Of a stretch of DNA of 64,000 bases, positions 23,892 to 37,819 are shown piece after piece (position 1 is the stretch's first letter; every line of letters starts with the position of its first letter). Both the position numbers and the translations under genes were made by a program. The notes beneath the pieces were generated by a model that saw only the letters and a list, made by a program, of their open reading frames with translations, was not told the origin of the DNA and did no database searches. The stretch comes from Podarcis liolepis (Eukaryota), in assembly GCA_965112155.1 (NCBI GenBank), contig OZ218105.1; one strand, written 5' to 3'.

Positions 23892-24063
23892 NNNNNNNNN
23901 NNNNNNNNNNNNNNNNNNNNNNNNNNNNNNNNNNNNNNNNNNNNNNNNNNNNNNNNNNNNNNNNNNNNNNNNNNNNNNNNNNNNNNNNNNNNNNNNNNNN
24001 NNNNNNNNNNNNNNNNNNNNNNNNNNNNNNNNNNNNNNNNNNNNNNNNNNNNNNNNNNNNNNN
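23892..24063. other. N-run (172 nt)
   Basis: Undetermined or masked bases. Confidence 0.99.
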
Positions 24064-25982
24064 GGATCCATGAACTTTAATGGATGGATGCTTTTTCAAA
24101 GCTCCACTCACTACAGCATGATTTACTTTTCTTACAGAAAGGAAACAAGCATTTCAGTTTTAAAGGGCCAGCATGCCTTCTTGTCTCCTTTTGTGGATCC
24201 TTCATAGAAACATCAAAGGCTTACAGCTGAGACACAAATAGAGTGATTGAATATGAATTTTACATGTATGCAATTAATCCTAGCTTAAATATATCATCAT
24301 AAGAGACATTAAATGAGGTGCACTCAATGCTTTTGTTTGCTTGGGCCTTTAGTCACATGGCTGCTGAAGTGCTGCAGCCTAGCTGTATTCTGTATGAGAT
24401 ATCATGAAATTCTGGTAGCATTAAATATAACCTGATAACCAGTGTGTCATATTGTGAAAGCTTTCTATATCAAATGGAGTCTAAATCATACAGTTGCACG
24501 TTGCTTGAAGAGTCCTATTGATATGAACCAACTATCGACACTCAGTTGTCCAGCATGGCAGTACATCTTTTGATACATAAAATGTGGCAAAATGAAGGGT
24601 TTTTTTTAAAAAAACAACACCTAATTTTATTGATATTTTTTTGCAACGTATAGTAAATCATTCTTATTGCCATATGCCCATATGGTATTACTGCAAAAAA
24701 GAAAAAGAAAAAAAGAGAGAGGTCTGATCTGTGTGTAATGTTAAGTTGATAGCAATTTGTGGTGTTTGTACATTATATTGGTTGATACTTAATCATGGCA
24801 GGGCGTTAGGATCATATCCTTGCTTCCCAGCCTCCTTTCCTATTCACTGCGAATTCTCATCATTCCAAACCATAATTTGCTGGTACATCCATATAGAAGT
24901 TAGCCATAGTTCCTAATTTGGAATTGGTAACCTGCTTCAAAGCAGAGTTTCAAATGTTAGGTGGGAATGTTTGCATTAGCTGCAGTTAATGACATTGAAT
25001 GGTGAACCATGGTTAAGCGCTGTAGGGAAAGGGTGGGGAAATCCATGCTTGAGAGGGGAGGACCTGGGGGAAAGGGCATATAGTCTTACCACCTGCAGTC
25101 AATCCTATAACCATGGTTAAGGCATGGCTTGTATTACATATATGCTGGTCTTGGAAGTACCTCCTCACTTTTTCAGGTGAAGCTTGCAACGATGCGTAAA
25201 GCACGATGATGTAGTTCTGCTTAGAGTGTTGTTACCAACTCGTTGTTCTAGAACTTTCATTAAGTTCGTAACAATGCAATTTATATTTCAAAATGCAGTC
25301 GTTTTAAATTTTGTAATGTTGTTTGTGCTTAAAACTAATTTAACCTTTCTGTAAATATTTAGCTAAATTTTAGAATATGAGTAATCTGGTGAACCAAAGA
25401 ATAGCATGTGTGGTATGAGTACAGATGATGGGGTAAAGAATGATTTCTGAAAATGAAGGCATTAGAGGATCTTGATAATGTGATGCTATGGACCCAGGAG
25501 AGGCTTGCTCTACTGAGTGCTCTGGATGGTTTTTATGCTTCACAAAAATGGCTACTGTTGGGTTCATTATGAGGCCTTCCAGATTTGGTTTTGAGCAGAT
25601 AAATTTTTTACATAGGAAATAAAATGGGCATGAGGTAACTGGAGGGTGTCTCATCATGTTCTACAGATTTCATTCTCCAGTTTGTAGAGATCAGTTTCTA
25701 GTTGTAGGCAGACATCTATTAGTGAGTAGTCTTTCTAAATAATAATCGCAAGCTACGTTTTTGACTCGTCTGCTGCTGTTGAATTAGTTCCATTTTACAG
25801 TTTACTGTTTTGATGATTTGATGTTCTTAATACGTTTTGGTGGCTGCTTTGAGTGAGTAACTTTTTTTAGGACCAAAAATTCAGGATAGAAATGATCCTA
25901 TCAATAATAAATGACTGGAAACCCCAACACTTCAGCATATACAGGCCGTAATAGGCATTGGAATATCTCCTTTTTAACCCTA

Positions 25983-26169
25983 AAAACAAGGTGTAAGTTT
26001 GGTTTTAAGAGAAAGAATATAAAACATTAATGAAAGTTTTGTGCAAGCAGAATTAACTTTTTTCTAACCTGAAGAACAAAACAAGGTGTAAGCTTGGTAT
26101 TAAACTCAAAGTTAAAAGGGAAAGAAATAATATAAAACATTAATGAAAGTTTTGTGGAAGCAGAATTAA
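25983..26169 (+). repeat. Degenerate local direct duplication (two ~75-90 bp units)
   Basis: AAAACAAGGTGTAAG...AATATAAAACATTAATGAAAGTTTTGTG.AAGCAGAATTAA occurs at 25983-26056 and 26078-26169. Confidence 0.85.
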
Positions 26170-28349
26170 AATCAGCAACAAAAATAAAAACAATTATGAA
26201 CATCTGTTTTAGAATGCTTCTCAGTTCTGTTTATAACAAACGAAGAAAATCCATTATCTGCAACAATAAGGGGAATTTCCTTTTCCAAATGTTGATTTAC
26301 TTGCAGAAGTGTGATCTTGCATTTAGATATTTTTGGCAACTAATGTTCCTCTCTGGTGTTTGACATTATAATTTCAGGGATACCAGTCTGCATTCTGAGC
26401 AGTTTATAGCCTACTTCACAATGCAGTTACGATGAGGGGTTGGCATCTAAACTAATTTAGACACTTTCTCTGATAGGGAACCCACAGATAGCATGATCTA
26501 CAACTCACTTAAGCCAATGTTATTTGATTTTAGCCTATATGCTCCAGTATTTAATACATTTTGGAAATAATAGCATTGAATTTAATATGCTCATAATTGT
26601 GTCCACCTATGGCAATTACAGGGGAAATGGCAATCTGGTTGTGGTGGCATGTTGCCAAAGGCTGAGTTCAGCACATGGTGACAGGTGCACACAACCAGCT
26701 TGGGTAAAATAGCCACTAGGCTTTTTCACTGCCACCAGATGTAATAGTTCTGACAATGACCACAGCCTCAGTAAGTGTGTTTAGGGTGCAGCCTGGTCTT
26801 AGGCATACTACTTGATTTGAAGTCAGTTCCATAGATGTTGAAGAGAATTCCAAGCACATATTTTTAGGATCAAGATTAGTCCTATTTAGTACAAATAAAT
26901 TGGCTCAAATCCTAATACTTTGGCTTAAAATTAAATGGAGTTGTGGTTTGGGTTGTCAGCCCATCCTAGACCTATAAACGTGGTTGAATTTGCATGAGGG
27001 TTATTTTTCTCCCGACCTGGAAGCATGCAACATATTTACAAACAGGAAGCAGTTCATTATATTCATATTTATCACAACATCTGTAATGTCGACCAGGGGT
27101 CAAGTCATTACACTAAATTTATTGTAACCATTATTAATGCATGTAGGCTTGTGCCTCAGTTATGATATAAGACTGCTGTTTCCTGATTAAAAGCTGTTTG
27201 GCAATGCCGAGATAGAATACAGATTCTCCCTGCCTCATGGTGACTGACAGCAGCTTCTGGTATTCTTCTTTTTTTCTGGCAGTGGAGTATATTAATATGA
27301 ACACACCTTGCAGAGTAGGCTCAAAGCTGCAAGAAGTATAGAACGCAGAAAACTGTCTAATTTCAGCAGGCACAACTGTGCCTCCATAAGGTAGCCAAAT
27401 TTATCACGGCACATTACAGAATGCAGCAAATGTCATGAAAGCCATTGTTTTTTAATTTTTCCCTGGGTGTCTGAATGAGGTGATTTATGGTAGTTATCCA
27501 TCTTAAGGGTCATCTATCAATTTTTAGTTGCTAAGCAATCAAACTAGCAGCTGTTTGCTTTGAATCAAGCTGAAAAGTTGTCAGTCATCGCATGCAGGTA
27601 TGACCTTAGTGGTTAAATGCATTACCATGCATGCAAAATTAAAAGAAACAATGTCCTCCATTTCACCCATCATGTATGACATATTGTAAGGCTTAACTAT
27701 AGTTGTAGTACAAAATGAAGTGGTGAAAAAGGAGTTTGTGCGCACTACATACTAGACAATACCTTCTGTTTTCCTCCCAAAATAGCTAGTTATATCTTTT
27801 CAGCATGGAACGTTGTTTTCCCTATTATCCCTTTCCTTTCTAAGAAGTGTTCATTTTGAAGACAGCGACAAAAGGGAGACAAGGTCATCTTCTAAGATAC
27901 AAATTCTTAGGATGGTAGAACCTCCCTACTATTCCAGCAGAAATTTTGCTCTTACGTTTCAGTTTCCAGGGACCTTAAACATTGCATTGACACAAATGTT
28001 TAGCATTGGGGAAGCCATATTCTATTAATGAAAATTAGATTACCGTGGCTGTGATCCTAAACACACTTACTGGCAATAAATTTCATTGAGCTACGTGGAA
28101 CTTTCTACTGGGTAAACATACTTAAGATTGCAGTGTGTCCATGTGTGTCTCCTGCAGTCAGCTTGCTAATGTTATCTTGAGAGGATAAATATAAGAAAGA
28201 GAAAAACTATTGTGCAAGCCATACTCAGGCTTTGTAAGCAGATGATTCTTGTGACAGCACCACACAGTGCTCATTCTTGAAGTGTTCACATTCTGCTCAA
28301 CTACTGCTTGTTAGTATCCCGATATACTAATGCCCTGCTATTAGTATAC

Positions 28350-28460
28350 AAAGTGCTTCACAATCTTTCATATCATCTGTCCTCGTAACAAATTATGAGC
28401 TAGGTCTTTAACATTCCTGTTTTGCAGAAGGAGCACTGAGGTCGAAGGATAGTGATTTAA
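28350..28460 (-). mobile_element. MIR/CORE-SINE-like remnant
   Basis: Degenerate core ATTCCTGTTTTGCAGAAGGAGCACTGAGG. Confidence 0.5.
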
Positions 28461-28493
28461 AACAGAAGTATGTGTGGTACAGTGCTTGCTACT

Positions 28494-28710
28494 GACTAAG
28501 CATCAGGAAGAACTTTCTGACAGTAGGAGCTCTTTCGACAGTGGAACGGTCTCCCTTGGGAGGGGACGGACTCTTTTCCTTGGAGGTTTTTAAGCAGAGA
28601 TTATGTGGCCGTCTGCCATGTATGATTTAGATGAGATTCCAGCATTGCAGAGGGTTGAGCTAGATGACCCTTGGGGTTCCTTCCAGATCTGCAGTTCTAT
28701 GATTCTTTGA
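28494..28710 (+). mobile_element. CR1 LINE 3' end
   Basis: AGGAAGAACTTTCTGACAGT...CAGTGGAAC...TTGGAGGTTTTTAAGCAGAG...CTAGATGACC...TTCTATGATTCT terminal octamer repeat. Confidence 0.85.
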
Positions 28711-30314
28711 AAGGCAGTCATCACCACTTCTTTATATTGCAATCTGTACGCAATTTTGTGTCTGCCTGGTCAACTTGCTGACATGCTCCAAAATACAGAA
28801 AAATAAATAAAACGAAAGCCTCAAGAGAGTGTCACTGCTTTTGAAAATCTAAACAACCCAGCCTACCCTGGAAATATTATACAGGGTTTGATGCAGAGGA
28901 TTCTGGACAGCGTTTGAAGAGAATTGATTTGCAGATGGCTTCAGCAAGGAGGGCAAAGCTGTGTTTAAATGATCCTTCAATGTAAGAATTTAGACCAATG
29001 TCAGAAAAGTTCACATCCTGTACGTTCTAGTTAATAAGAAATGGCATCTATCCACAACAATAATTTTGTACACCCCTCGCCCCCCTCCCCCCGGCTGTTG
29101 AAGAAAGAACTTCTCTGAGTTGTCAAGAAGCTTCATAGAAGAAAAGGGAGAGAAGCTTTTAACCATGTGTACTGTGCATTTGTGACACCGTATTTATTTT
29201 GAGTTGTTTTGGGCACGGTTCACCATGGAAAAGTGACATATAAATTAAACTGAACTAAACTAAAAATATGCTTCTTGAAATTGCTTGAACTTGAAGCATT
29301 ATGTGCAGCTCTGTGTATCAGATAAATCAGCAGTAAAACTCTGACCTGTGACATGCTCCTGAGAGTTCTTGCCAAAACACTACTGCAGTGATTCTACTGG
29401 TTACAACACTGCTTTCAGTAGATGCACTCTATCTTGATCAACAGTGCTAAACAGGACAAGGGCTCAGCAGCCTTGACATTTTTTTTCTCTTTTTGGTTCG
29501 TAGCTTCAGCTGACTGCATATAGGCAGAGCATTCCAAAGGTGATGATGGTAGATTCTCTTACACAGAAACTGTCATTACTTAAAACCTGCTGGCTCGGTC
29601 CAGCCAGGGCAAACAGCATTGTGGACAGGGGAATTATTTCCTTCTCCCAAAATTCAGACTTCATTTTGTTAAGAGTCCTGGGAATTGTAGGTTTGTGAGG
29701 GGTAAACTACACTTGGCAGAATTCTATGTCGGGAAGCCATGACTATTAAAGTGGTTTAAATGTGCCTTAAATGTTTGCTATAGGTGTAACACAATTTGCT
29801 CGCCTCTGTTGAAGTAGGAAATACGGATTTAAAAAGTCCACACAACACATTTGGGAACTATGCACACTTTTGAGGAAACTGATGCAAAGTTGTACTGGTG
29901 ATAAAACCCTTATGCTTCTTTAAAATTTTAAATAATAATAATTATTATTATTATACTATTTTCACATAGGTTTATAAAACCAAACATAGCATAAATATGG
30001 AAAGTAAGAAAAATAAAATAATTAGAGCCTTTACATAAAACAAGGATCAGTTAAAATCTACAGCACATGCGTTGAAGCTAGTGCCATGTATACAAATAAA
30101 TCAAATGATGGACCCATGATAAATAAGGCATGGCCTGGTGATCACTTTCCATAGTGAACTAGAAAGCTTCACCAGACATTGAGATTTCTAGTCTTCTATG
30201 AATATATAATTTTATATTTTCCAGGCTTTGCTGGTGGTCTATCCATACTTTTGATTGATGAGACAGCTAGGTAGGCAGAAAAGTTTAGCCTTGTGGTAAC
30301 AAGACCATGGATTA

Positions 30315-30440
30315 TCTGGTCCAGTATTCTGTTTTCTCAGTGTCTAATGAGATTCCAGTGGGAAGCTCACAAGAAGGACCTGACTGCAACATCACCCTCC
30401 CCACTTGAGCTCCCCAGTAACTAGTATTCAGAAGCTTGCT
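30315..30440 (-). mobile_element. CR1-type 3' fragment, older subfamily
   Basis: GTCCAGTATTCTGTT...GGGAAGCTCACAAG..GGAC...CCCCAGTAACTAGTATTCAGA resembles a squamate CR1 3'UTR in reverse. Confidence 0.5.
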
Positions 30441-31119
30441 GCAGTTGCCTAGGTCATTATGTTTTCAGCTGTGCAGAATCTAACTTGACAAGCTAGTGAC
30501 AATCTGTACTCTGTGTAGGAGTTTTGGGTGCCTGCAAAAGTGTGTTTTGCTTTTCCACTTTCCCCACTGATGTGGTGAGAGCTAGTTTGTGCAAGCGTAC
30601 TTCCTTTGTTGAAAAGATGCTATGGATGTGCCCTGAAGTCTCAGGGTCTCCCACTCCAACTCTACTGCAGAGGAAGTCACAGGTGTGATATAACTCCCAA
30701 GAGTAATGAAAGGGTGGTTGGCAACCATGGATTTGATGCTGCTCGGTTTGTAGTTTGTGACACAGAATTTCCGCTTGAGGTATTTTTATTTTTATTATTT
30801 TTTGCTATAAGCCCCTTCAACTTTTGCTTGGCTCTCGGCTCCTGGTTGTCATTTTGCTGCTTGAAGGAGGAAGGGTTTTGTTTTCATTTTTTCTTTCTTT
30901 CAAAGCATTGAAAACCACAACACTGCTTCATCTGGCTAGCAATTCTCTTTTGTAGTCTTGGACTGGGGTGGTTAGCACCAGTAAGGCGTATAATGTTTAT
31001 TCCTGAATACACTGAAGGCAAACCTCTATAATGCTTGGAGTTTGGTCTATATATCTATATGAGTGACTTATAGACTACTTGATCACAGTAGGTCAGGTTT
31101 CAATGATATGGCTAATACT

Positions 31120-31256
31120 CAAGGCTCTCTTTTCAGCTGGAGCTCACTGGATCTCAACTCCAGCTCTTGTCACGTGAGCGCCATTGCCATTCTAAGAAAA
31201 TAAGGGAGAAGTTCATGGTGAGTTCCAGCACCTATTTTTCTAGAAAAATCGCACTG
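31120..31256. mobile_element. hAT-type MITE
   Basis: Ends CAAGGCTCTCTTTTC / GAAAAATCGCACTG; degenerate 8-bp TSD CTAATACT / CTGATATT. Confidence 0.6.
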
Positions 31257-34200
31257 CTGATATTAATCCCTGTCCTCAAGGGCTCAAAGCTAAAGGGTAG
31301 TAAGGAGTTGAAAGAAAGATAAGATCCCAAAATAGCCTATATCAATATAATAAAAATTAATAAGAGCCATGTTCCATCATTCCCTCTTGTATCTGATTCA
31401 TCTCACTCAGGAGCCACCAGGCTCACACCTCACACTTTGGAACAGTGTTTTCCCACAAGGAACCTCTGTTTGGAGGGTAGGGGTGGGGAGGCAGTACTGT
31501 TGGGTGTGGGCATTGTCATTCCATATTAATTCCAAAAATAAAACCAATAAAATATTGTTGTTTTAAAAAAAGAGTAGTCATTGTGGTGCCTGCCAGGTGT
31601 TGCTGAGCTATGAATCCTATCAGGCCAATCCAGCATGGCCAAGTGGTTGGAGATCAAGCAAGTTGTTGTCTAACAATATATGGAGGGCACTGTTTGCTTC
31701 TACTGAACTAGCTGATATTCCTTTTTCTCTACTTTCTCTTCTTCACCATATTTTTGTTCAGCGAGGAGCTGAAACTTGTTCTTCCAACCCAGTTGCAGTC
31801 ACTCAGCCCAATGCTCAACCTTCTTGGTTTTCAACTTTTTAATTCTACCAGAGTTGGGAATTGTCTGCTATCAAATGCATGTCTTTCAACACAGAAATCA
31901 CAGAGCTTACAAAACAGGTCTCTGTACATCTTTATCTGTTTTGTTTTGTTAGTTTTGTTTGAGAGTACAGAACTAATTTCCAAAGCAATCTGAATATTTT
32001 TTTCAGCCTGAAAGTAGTGTTTTATGTAACAGATGGGGCATACTATTTTTGAGATGGAATGCCAGACAAAGGAGATGAGTTTCTATTCTGGATGACCAAA
32101 GCTCTCTCCAGAGATTGGGTAGGAAAGGAAGGGGAGGAGGAAAATACAAGAAAGGGTTGAACTATAGCTGATGATTCTGTATAAGCTTTCTGCAGCTATT
32201 TGAGATTGGACACGTGTAAACTTCGTTTGTCATGTGAGAGTAACTAATTCCGCTGCAACGTTGGGCAAACAGGAAAACGTTTGTTTTCCGTTTTGTTCGT
32301 TTATCAAATTTGTTCCACCAGAGAAGTCAAGGCAGCATACACAGAGTTATCCCTGTGTTTTTATTAAAATTCGTAAATTATGACAGAAAAGGAAATCATT
32401 TGCATGTAGACAAAAGGAAATAATGAAAAAAACACACCTCTAAAATAATATGTAGCATAAGATCAAGCAAGAGAAGACACAATTACAATATTTTCATTTG
32501 GTGAGTCCGTACGTGAATTCCTTAGTTATCTCATTTCATCTTTCCAACAACCATTTGAGGCAGGCTACTCTGAAAGAGGAAATACGTTCAAAAGGTATGG
32601 CGATATTCGTTAGGATAGATAGCTTTAATAAAGCACTATGAGAACTCAGGAAGGAGAAGTATTTCAATCTGGTGGTGCTGTCCCCCTAGAATTTAAAACC
32701 TCTTGGGTAAGTGGGGAGTATGTGACACTGGTGTGAAAAGTGAGATTGTGTTCCCTTGAGAGAAAATGAGAACTGATGTGATTGAATGTAAGAAATAGTA
32801 GCAGATGGTGGAAACCAGTTGGTGATCTTGTTCTCCCTGAAGGGCTTCTGCTTCAGCTAACAGAAGGGGAAAGCAGACAGCTTTTGGAGATTTTCCCTCC
32901 CCTGTGCAGTTGCCAGTACCCCCTAAAAACTGAATTGAGGAACCTTCCAGAACAGGGTTGAAGGTGGCATGGAGATATGGAGGGGGAAAGGAGAACTGGC
33001 AAAAACGCCCTTCCCTCCCTTTTTATTAGCAGAGGTGTCCACTGGATCAAAAGCCATGGTATCCACTGGATCAAAAGTGACAGGGCACTAATTGATTCCT
33101 CACAATACTCAAGAAAAGCTTCAGAAGAAGTTTGTAGAAAACCTTAAAGTAAGCCTGAAGAAGTCTGTGCAAGAGCAAGTTAGATAACCAGCTATGAGGC
33201 CTGAAGGCTAACCCCGAACCCGGTGGAGTGCTGTAGTCAATAGCTGAGAATCGGAACAAGGGGACGCTAGAAACTGGTAGTTTTGAGGAGACAACGACAG
33301 ATGAAGTAAATGGTGTGTGTTGGTTGAAGATGAAGCATAGTCTTGGAGTTCAGGATCAGTCTAGTGCAGAGTGGCAGATACTCTGTTCCTTGCTTCCATT
33401 TATGGTTGTAATGTTAAGGGAACCCTGTCTGTGTTTTGTACATTCCAGTTCACCAGAGTCAGGAGCTGTTCCAGTCTAGGTTTTACAAAAAGCTCAGGAG
33501 CTCTTGATATGGGCCCTGAGGCATTTGAAGAGAGATTTCTGGTGGGCTTTTCCCATGTCCTATATGTGTGTGTTAGAGTTTGTTCCAATTAAAGTCATTT
33601 TGTCACCATCAGTCGAGTAAAGAGTTGATCTTACAGTGGTATGCTTGCATATTGCAAATAAATTAGGGCCCCTCCGGGCATCTTTCTCTTTCATAATGAC
33701 TTGTGTGCATGATGATATTGGGATGGCTATACACGATCTTGCTTTCAATATTGCGCCTGCAAACGTTACAGGACAGACATAGTTCTTCATTTCCAACCAG
33801 TGCGTGTCCCATAGCTTTCTGCTGAAATCCTGTTACAAATGTAACATGTTTGTTTGTTTGTTTGCTCCTCCTTTTGTTGCACTGTAGTGCAGGTGTGTCC
33901 CTCCAAACAGCAATAATGTGGTAACATTGCGGAAGCATTACAGAAACACTAATGAAATGGAAAGATGTGTGGATGGTCCAGTATAAATCCACCTGTAATG
34001 CACTGATGATATGGCAGATTACACACACAAACACGCCAAACAAAACCAGCTTGGAGGGCCCCCCAGACATTACAAAGACAGCCTAATTCCCCCAATGCTC
34101 TCTCATCCAAACTAAATCTGTTATCACTGTCCTCTGGAATAGCTCATGCCTAGTGGAAGAACAGACCATGTAACAGGATGTTTTCTTGTGCATTTCGGTT

Positions 34201-35591
34201 TTTAAAAAATGTATTTCACTGTGTTGTGGTAGAAAGGATTCTGTGGGTGCTTCCAAACCCAGACATTTAAAAGATGCCCTGAATTGGTGTGCCTTACTGC
34301 TGCAAGCCACGTGGAGATTCCTTCTGATGCAAAAAGATTAGCAGGATCAATCCAAGGGGTACAGGCCAGATCAGAAATTGTAGCACTAAAGCATGCAGTA
34401 GTACGTCTTCTTTAGATATTCACTTTCTGTTTAGTGCCACAGGCATTGGAAAACTTCCACCTAGGCACAGCCTGAGAGTCTGATTTGAGTGAGATGAGCT
34501 TTACCTAGGTTTTAAATTTCTTTTCCATGGATAAAGGTTTCTCAGCATTGACATGCTTCCCCGCTCCTTTTGATGAACTTTAACCACTTCTTCTGTTTTA
34601 AAATTAATTACTAGTCCAGCTGTTTTAAAATTCTGCTGTCTGATCACTACCCTGTGCACTTTTGCTCTGCAATTTTATTTGCTACAAATGATCAAAGCAT
34701 TCTGTGGTTTTTCTTGGATCATGGAAATAAATAAATTGGATAGTGTCAAGGGCAGAAAGCACTGAAAATGGACAGGCAATCAAAAGTCAAATTCAGTAGA
34801 AAACACAGGTGAAAATAGCTAAACAGTGATCACGAAGAACACAGAACAATGTGTCATTGCTATCAAAATACCAAAATGTGAAAGAGAAAAGTTGCTCACA
34901 ACTATGGCACAAAATGTCATGTTGCTGTGATCATTTTATTTACTTGGTTGTAAACATTTGATAAATTACATCAGCCAAATGGAATATTTACTTTCAGAAA
35001 TTGATGACTTTATTTCCTGAGAGTGTGTGACCTCTCATACATGTATGTAGAGCAGGCTATTGTTTTTCTCTGTTAAAGTTAGTTTTCTCGGTCTATTTTG
35101 CTAAGAGAAGTGAACTTCACGTAAGCCTTCTGCTTAGGTAGATACTTAATGGTGGTTATACCACTATGACAAAATCTTGTTGTAAGTGATTATTACATGA
35201 CAAAGCAGTAAAGCAGTTTATTACTAGAAGTTGTAAATTATATTCATTGTGTTGTGTTTGAGTAGCATTCTTTTGGCATAATGTGCTCAGCTCTCAACCA
35301 GTAATCTGAGAACGGACCTATATATGGCCAACAGAACTAAGTTACCATTAACACTCTTTGTATTAACTTGTCGGAGAGCATATCCTCTCCCAGTGCATAT
35401 GGTTTAATCATTGATAATTTTACTTACATGTTGACTTCCAGTGCAGTAAAATTACTGCCTGCAGGCCCAGTTACAGACCACAAATGACTAGAGAATAAAT
35501 AATATTGCTAGTATGATAATCTCTTACAGTTGGTATTTGGCTTTCCTGTGATATAGCAGCAGTGGAAGTTTCTGTTAGGAAGATTCAAGTA

Positions 35592-35846
35592 CAGTGGTAC
35601 CTCAGGTTACAGACGCTTCGGGTTACACGTTTTCAGGTTATGGATCGTGGGAAACCCGGAAGTATCGGAAAGGGTTACTTCTGGGTTTCGCTGCATGCGC
35701 AGAAACGCTAAATCGTGCTTTGCGCATTTGCAGAAGCGTCAAATCGCGTCACATGCATGTGCGGATGCAGCGCTGCAGGTTACGAACGCTGTAGGTTGGG
35801 GACGTGCCTCCGTCACGGATTATGTTCACAACCCGAGCTTCCACTG
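35592..35846 (+). mobile_element. Tc1/mariner MITE with the same TIR family but a different, CpG-rich interior
   Basis: TA-CAGTGGTACCTCAGGTT ... AACCCGAGCTTCCACTG-TA; internal inverted GAAACCCGGAAGTA / TACTTCTGGGTTTC. Confidence 0.8.
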
Positions 35847-36895
35847 TATTTTGAAACAGAAGGGTAGGATGCTTCTTTCAAAAACTGTTTTGCCAGAAAA
35901 TCATTTTTGTTGGTTTACTTATTTTCAACTGTCTAGAAAAATTAAGATATGTGATATGTGTGTATCGCAAATGAGTTCCCTTCTGTTTGGTAGGATTCTG
36001 GTTAGTTGCAATTCATTTAATGATGAGATTACATAAATGTAGGGAGCTTGAGACTAACTTGAATTAGAACTGAACATATTCCTTAGAATTGTGGTAGTGC
36101 AGTAGGGTTGTCCATAGTGATACCTGCCTGGTTTTCAGTTTCTGTCATCTTCCCTCTCTCTCTCACCCCCCTCCTCTTTCTTCTCTGCACTTCATTTAAA
36201 AAAAATCTGCAAGAATTTAACAGCTTTCCTGAACTTTTCTATTTCTATTTCATTTAATTTAAATATGTATTTAAGTATTACTCTTTTACAGCTCCGAAAG
36301 ATAGGTATTAAATCTGCCTTAATTCCCCTGTACCTCCAGCAATGCATGTTTCAGCCAAAAAAATTGCTAATTGTGTGTGGAGTACCATTGGAATATTGTT
36401 TTAGGTTTGTTATCCTTCAGTTCCCTTTTTCTTTTAAAAAGCTCTTTATTGGTAAAGCCTTCTTTGAGCTGTTCACACACAATTTTCCAAAACCAAAACC
36501 TAACATAAGAATAAACGTGAACAGTATCAAAAGCAAAATAATTAGAGTGTATACGTAAAATGAGCAGAACACAAGATCTAGAGCAATGAAAGTTACAGTC
36601 ATACTTGCAAAGAAAGTGAGTGCTAGAGAAGTGACAAATAAGGCATGATACAGGGAACACCTCTGAATGTGAACTATAGAGCCATGTCATGAGGCAGAAC
36701 TTGCAAGGCTTTAACATGCATGTATCATTTTATATTTCTGGGAGTTTGCTGCTGATCTAGTAAGGCTCCTGTCATACTAATTAGACCCCAAATAAGCAGA
36801 AAGGCCTTTGCTGCATCTCTGCCCACGATAGCTTTAATTTGGTACATAAGCTTCTTGAACCTGAGAATATCCCACACTTTGTGAAATCATTGGAC

Positions 36896-36936
<41 letters not shown>
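36896..36936. repeat. (AAT)n microsatellite
   Basis: About 13 units. Confidence 0.95.
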
Positions 36937-37819
36937 GTTAGTCACTCCCCCCCCCACAGAATTTAGGGTGTGCATGAGGAATTCCAGTTCTTAGGTATAA
37001 ATAAGGAAGGGTGGATGTTTACTTAGATATCACCCTATTGATGTTAACTTTTCTGCATTTATTGTTCCTTATGTGATAATGGAAAACTTACAGGATGCAC
37101 AATTTACTTCATTTTGCATTTTTAGATTTCCCACTACTATAGTTTTGTGACTAAATCTGAGTGGCGAACAAAGACAGTACTCCAGAACTATGCAAAATGG
37201 GTCGGATTTCTTTCCAAAGTCATTTTTTGTAGCAGATGAACATGAAGTTGCACGTTTTGCTTGGATACACACTGAAAGTGTCTCAACTCAGCACAGACCT
37301 GCACTAAATATCTCATCTAGTGCCAACACACTTTCATGTCTGATTGACAGATGTGTGTATCTGCTCAGCATCTTGCTAGACAGAACAAAAGAAGTATGGT
37401 TTCTAGGTGAATATGTGCCTAGCTAACTGGTATGATTGCTACGAAACGTAATTATTCATTTCCTGTACCATGTGCCTTTAATAATTAGCAACACACAGGA
37501 AAGGGACAGTTCCAGAGTTAACACCCATTCGCGGGTTTCAAATTTGAAGTAATTTGAATTGTTTAAAAGCCTTGAAGCAAAATACCACACACACCCTCCC
37601 AAAAGGTGACCATATTTTGTCTACAAGGCTGGTTTAGAAATAATTTTTCCAGGGGAATTAGTGTCTATCATGGTTCTAATCTAGAGGTAAGTATATGGTT
37701 AGTAACTTTCAATGCAAGATTAGCAAACTATATTAGTGTGTAACCAGAAGAAATAAACTGGACAATATTTCATGGTTAATTTTCTAAATTGCCTTCTTTT
37801 TTATTATTTGACTTCATTT

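Noticed and set aside
26667-26686. REST/RE1-like TTCAGCAC...GACAG
   Set aside because: Wrong spacing and several mismatches in the right half.
33037-33076. Short direct repeats (also ~43093-43130, ~45568-45612, ~59011-59034)
   Set aside because: Isolated two-copy slippage duplications of 11-20 bp with no higher-order structure.
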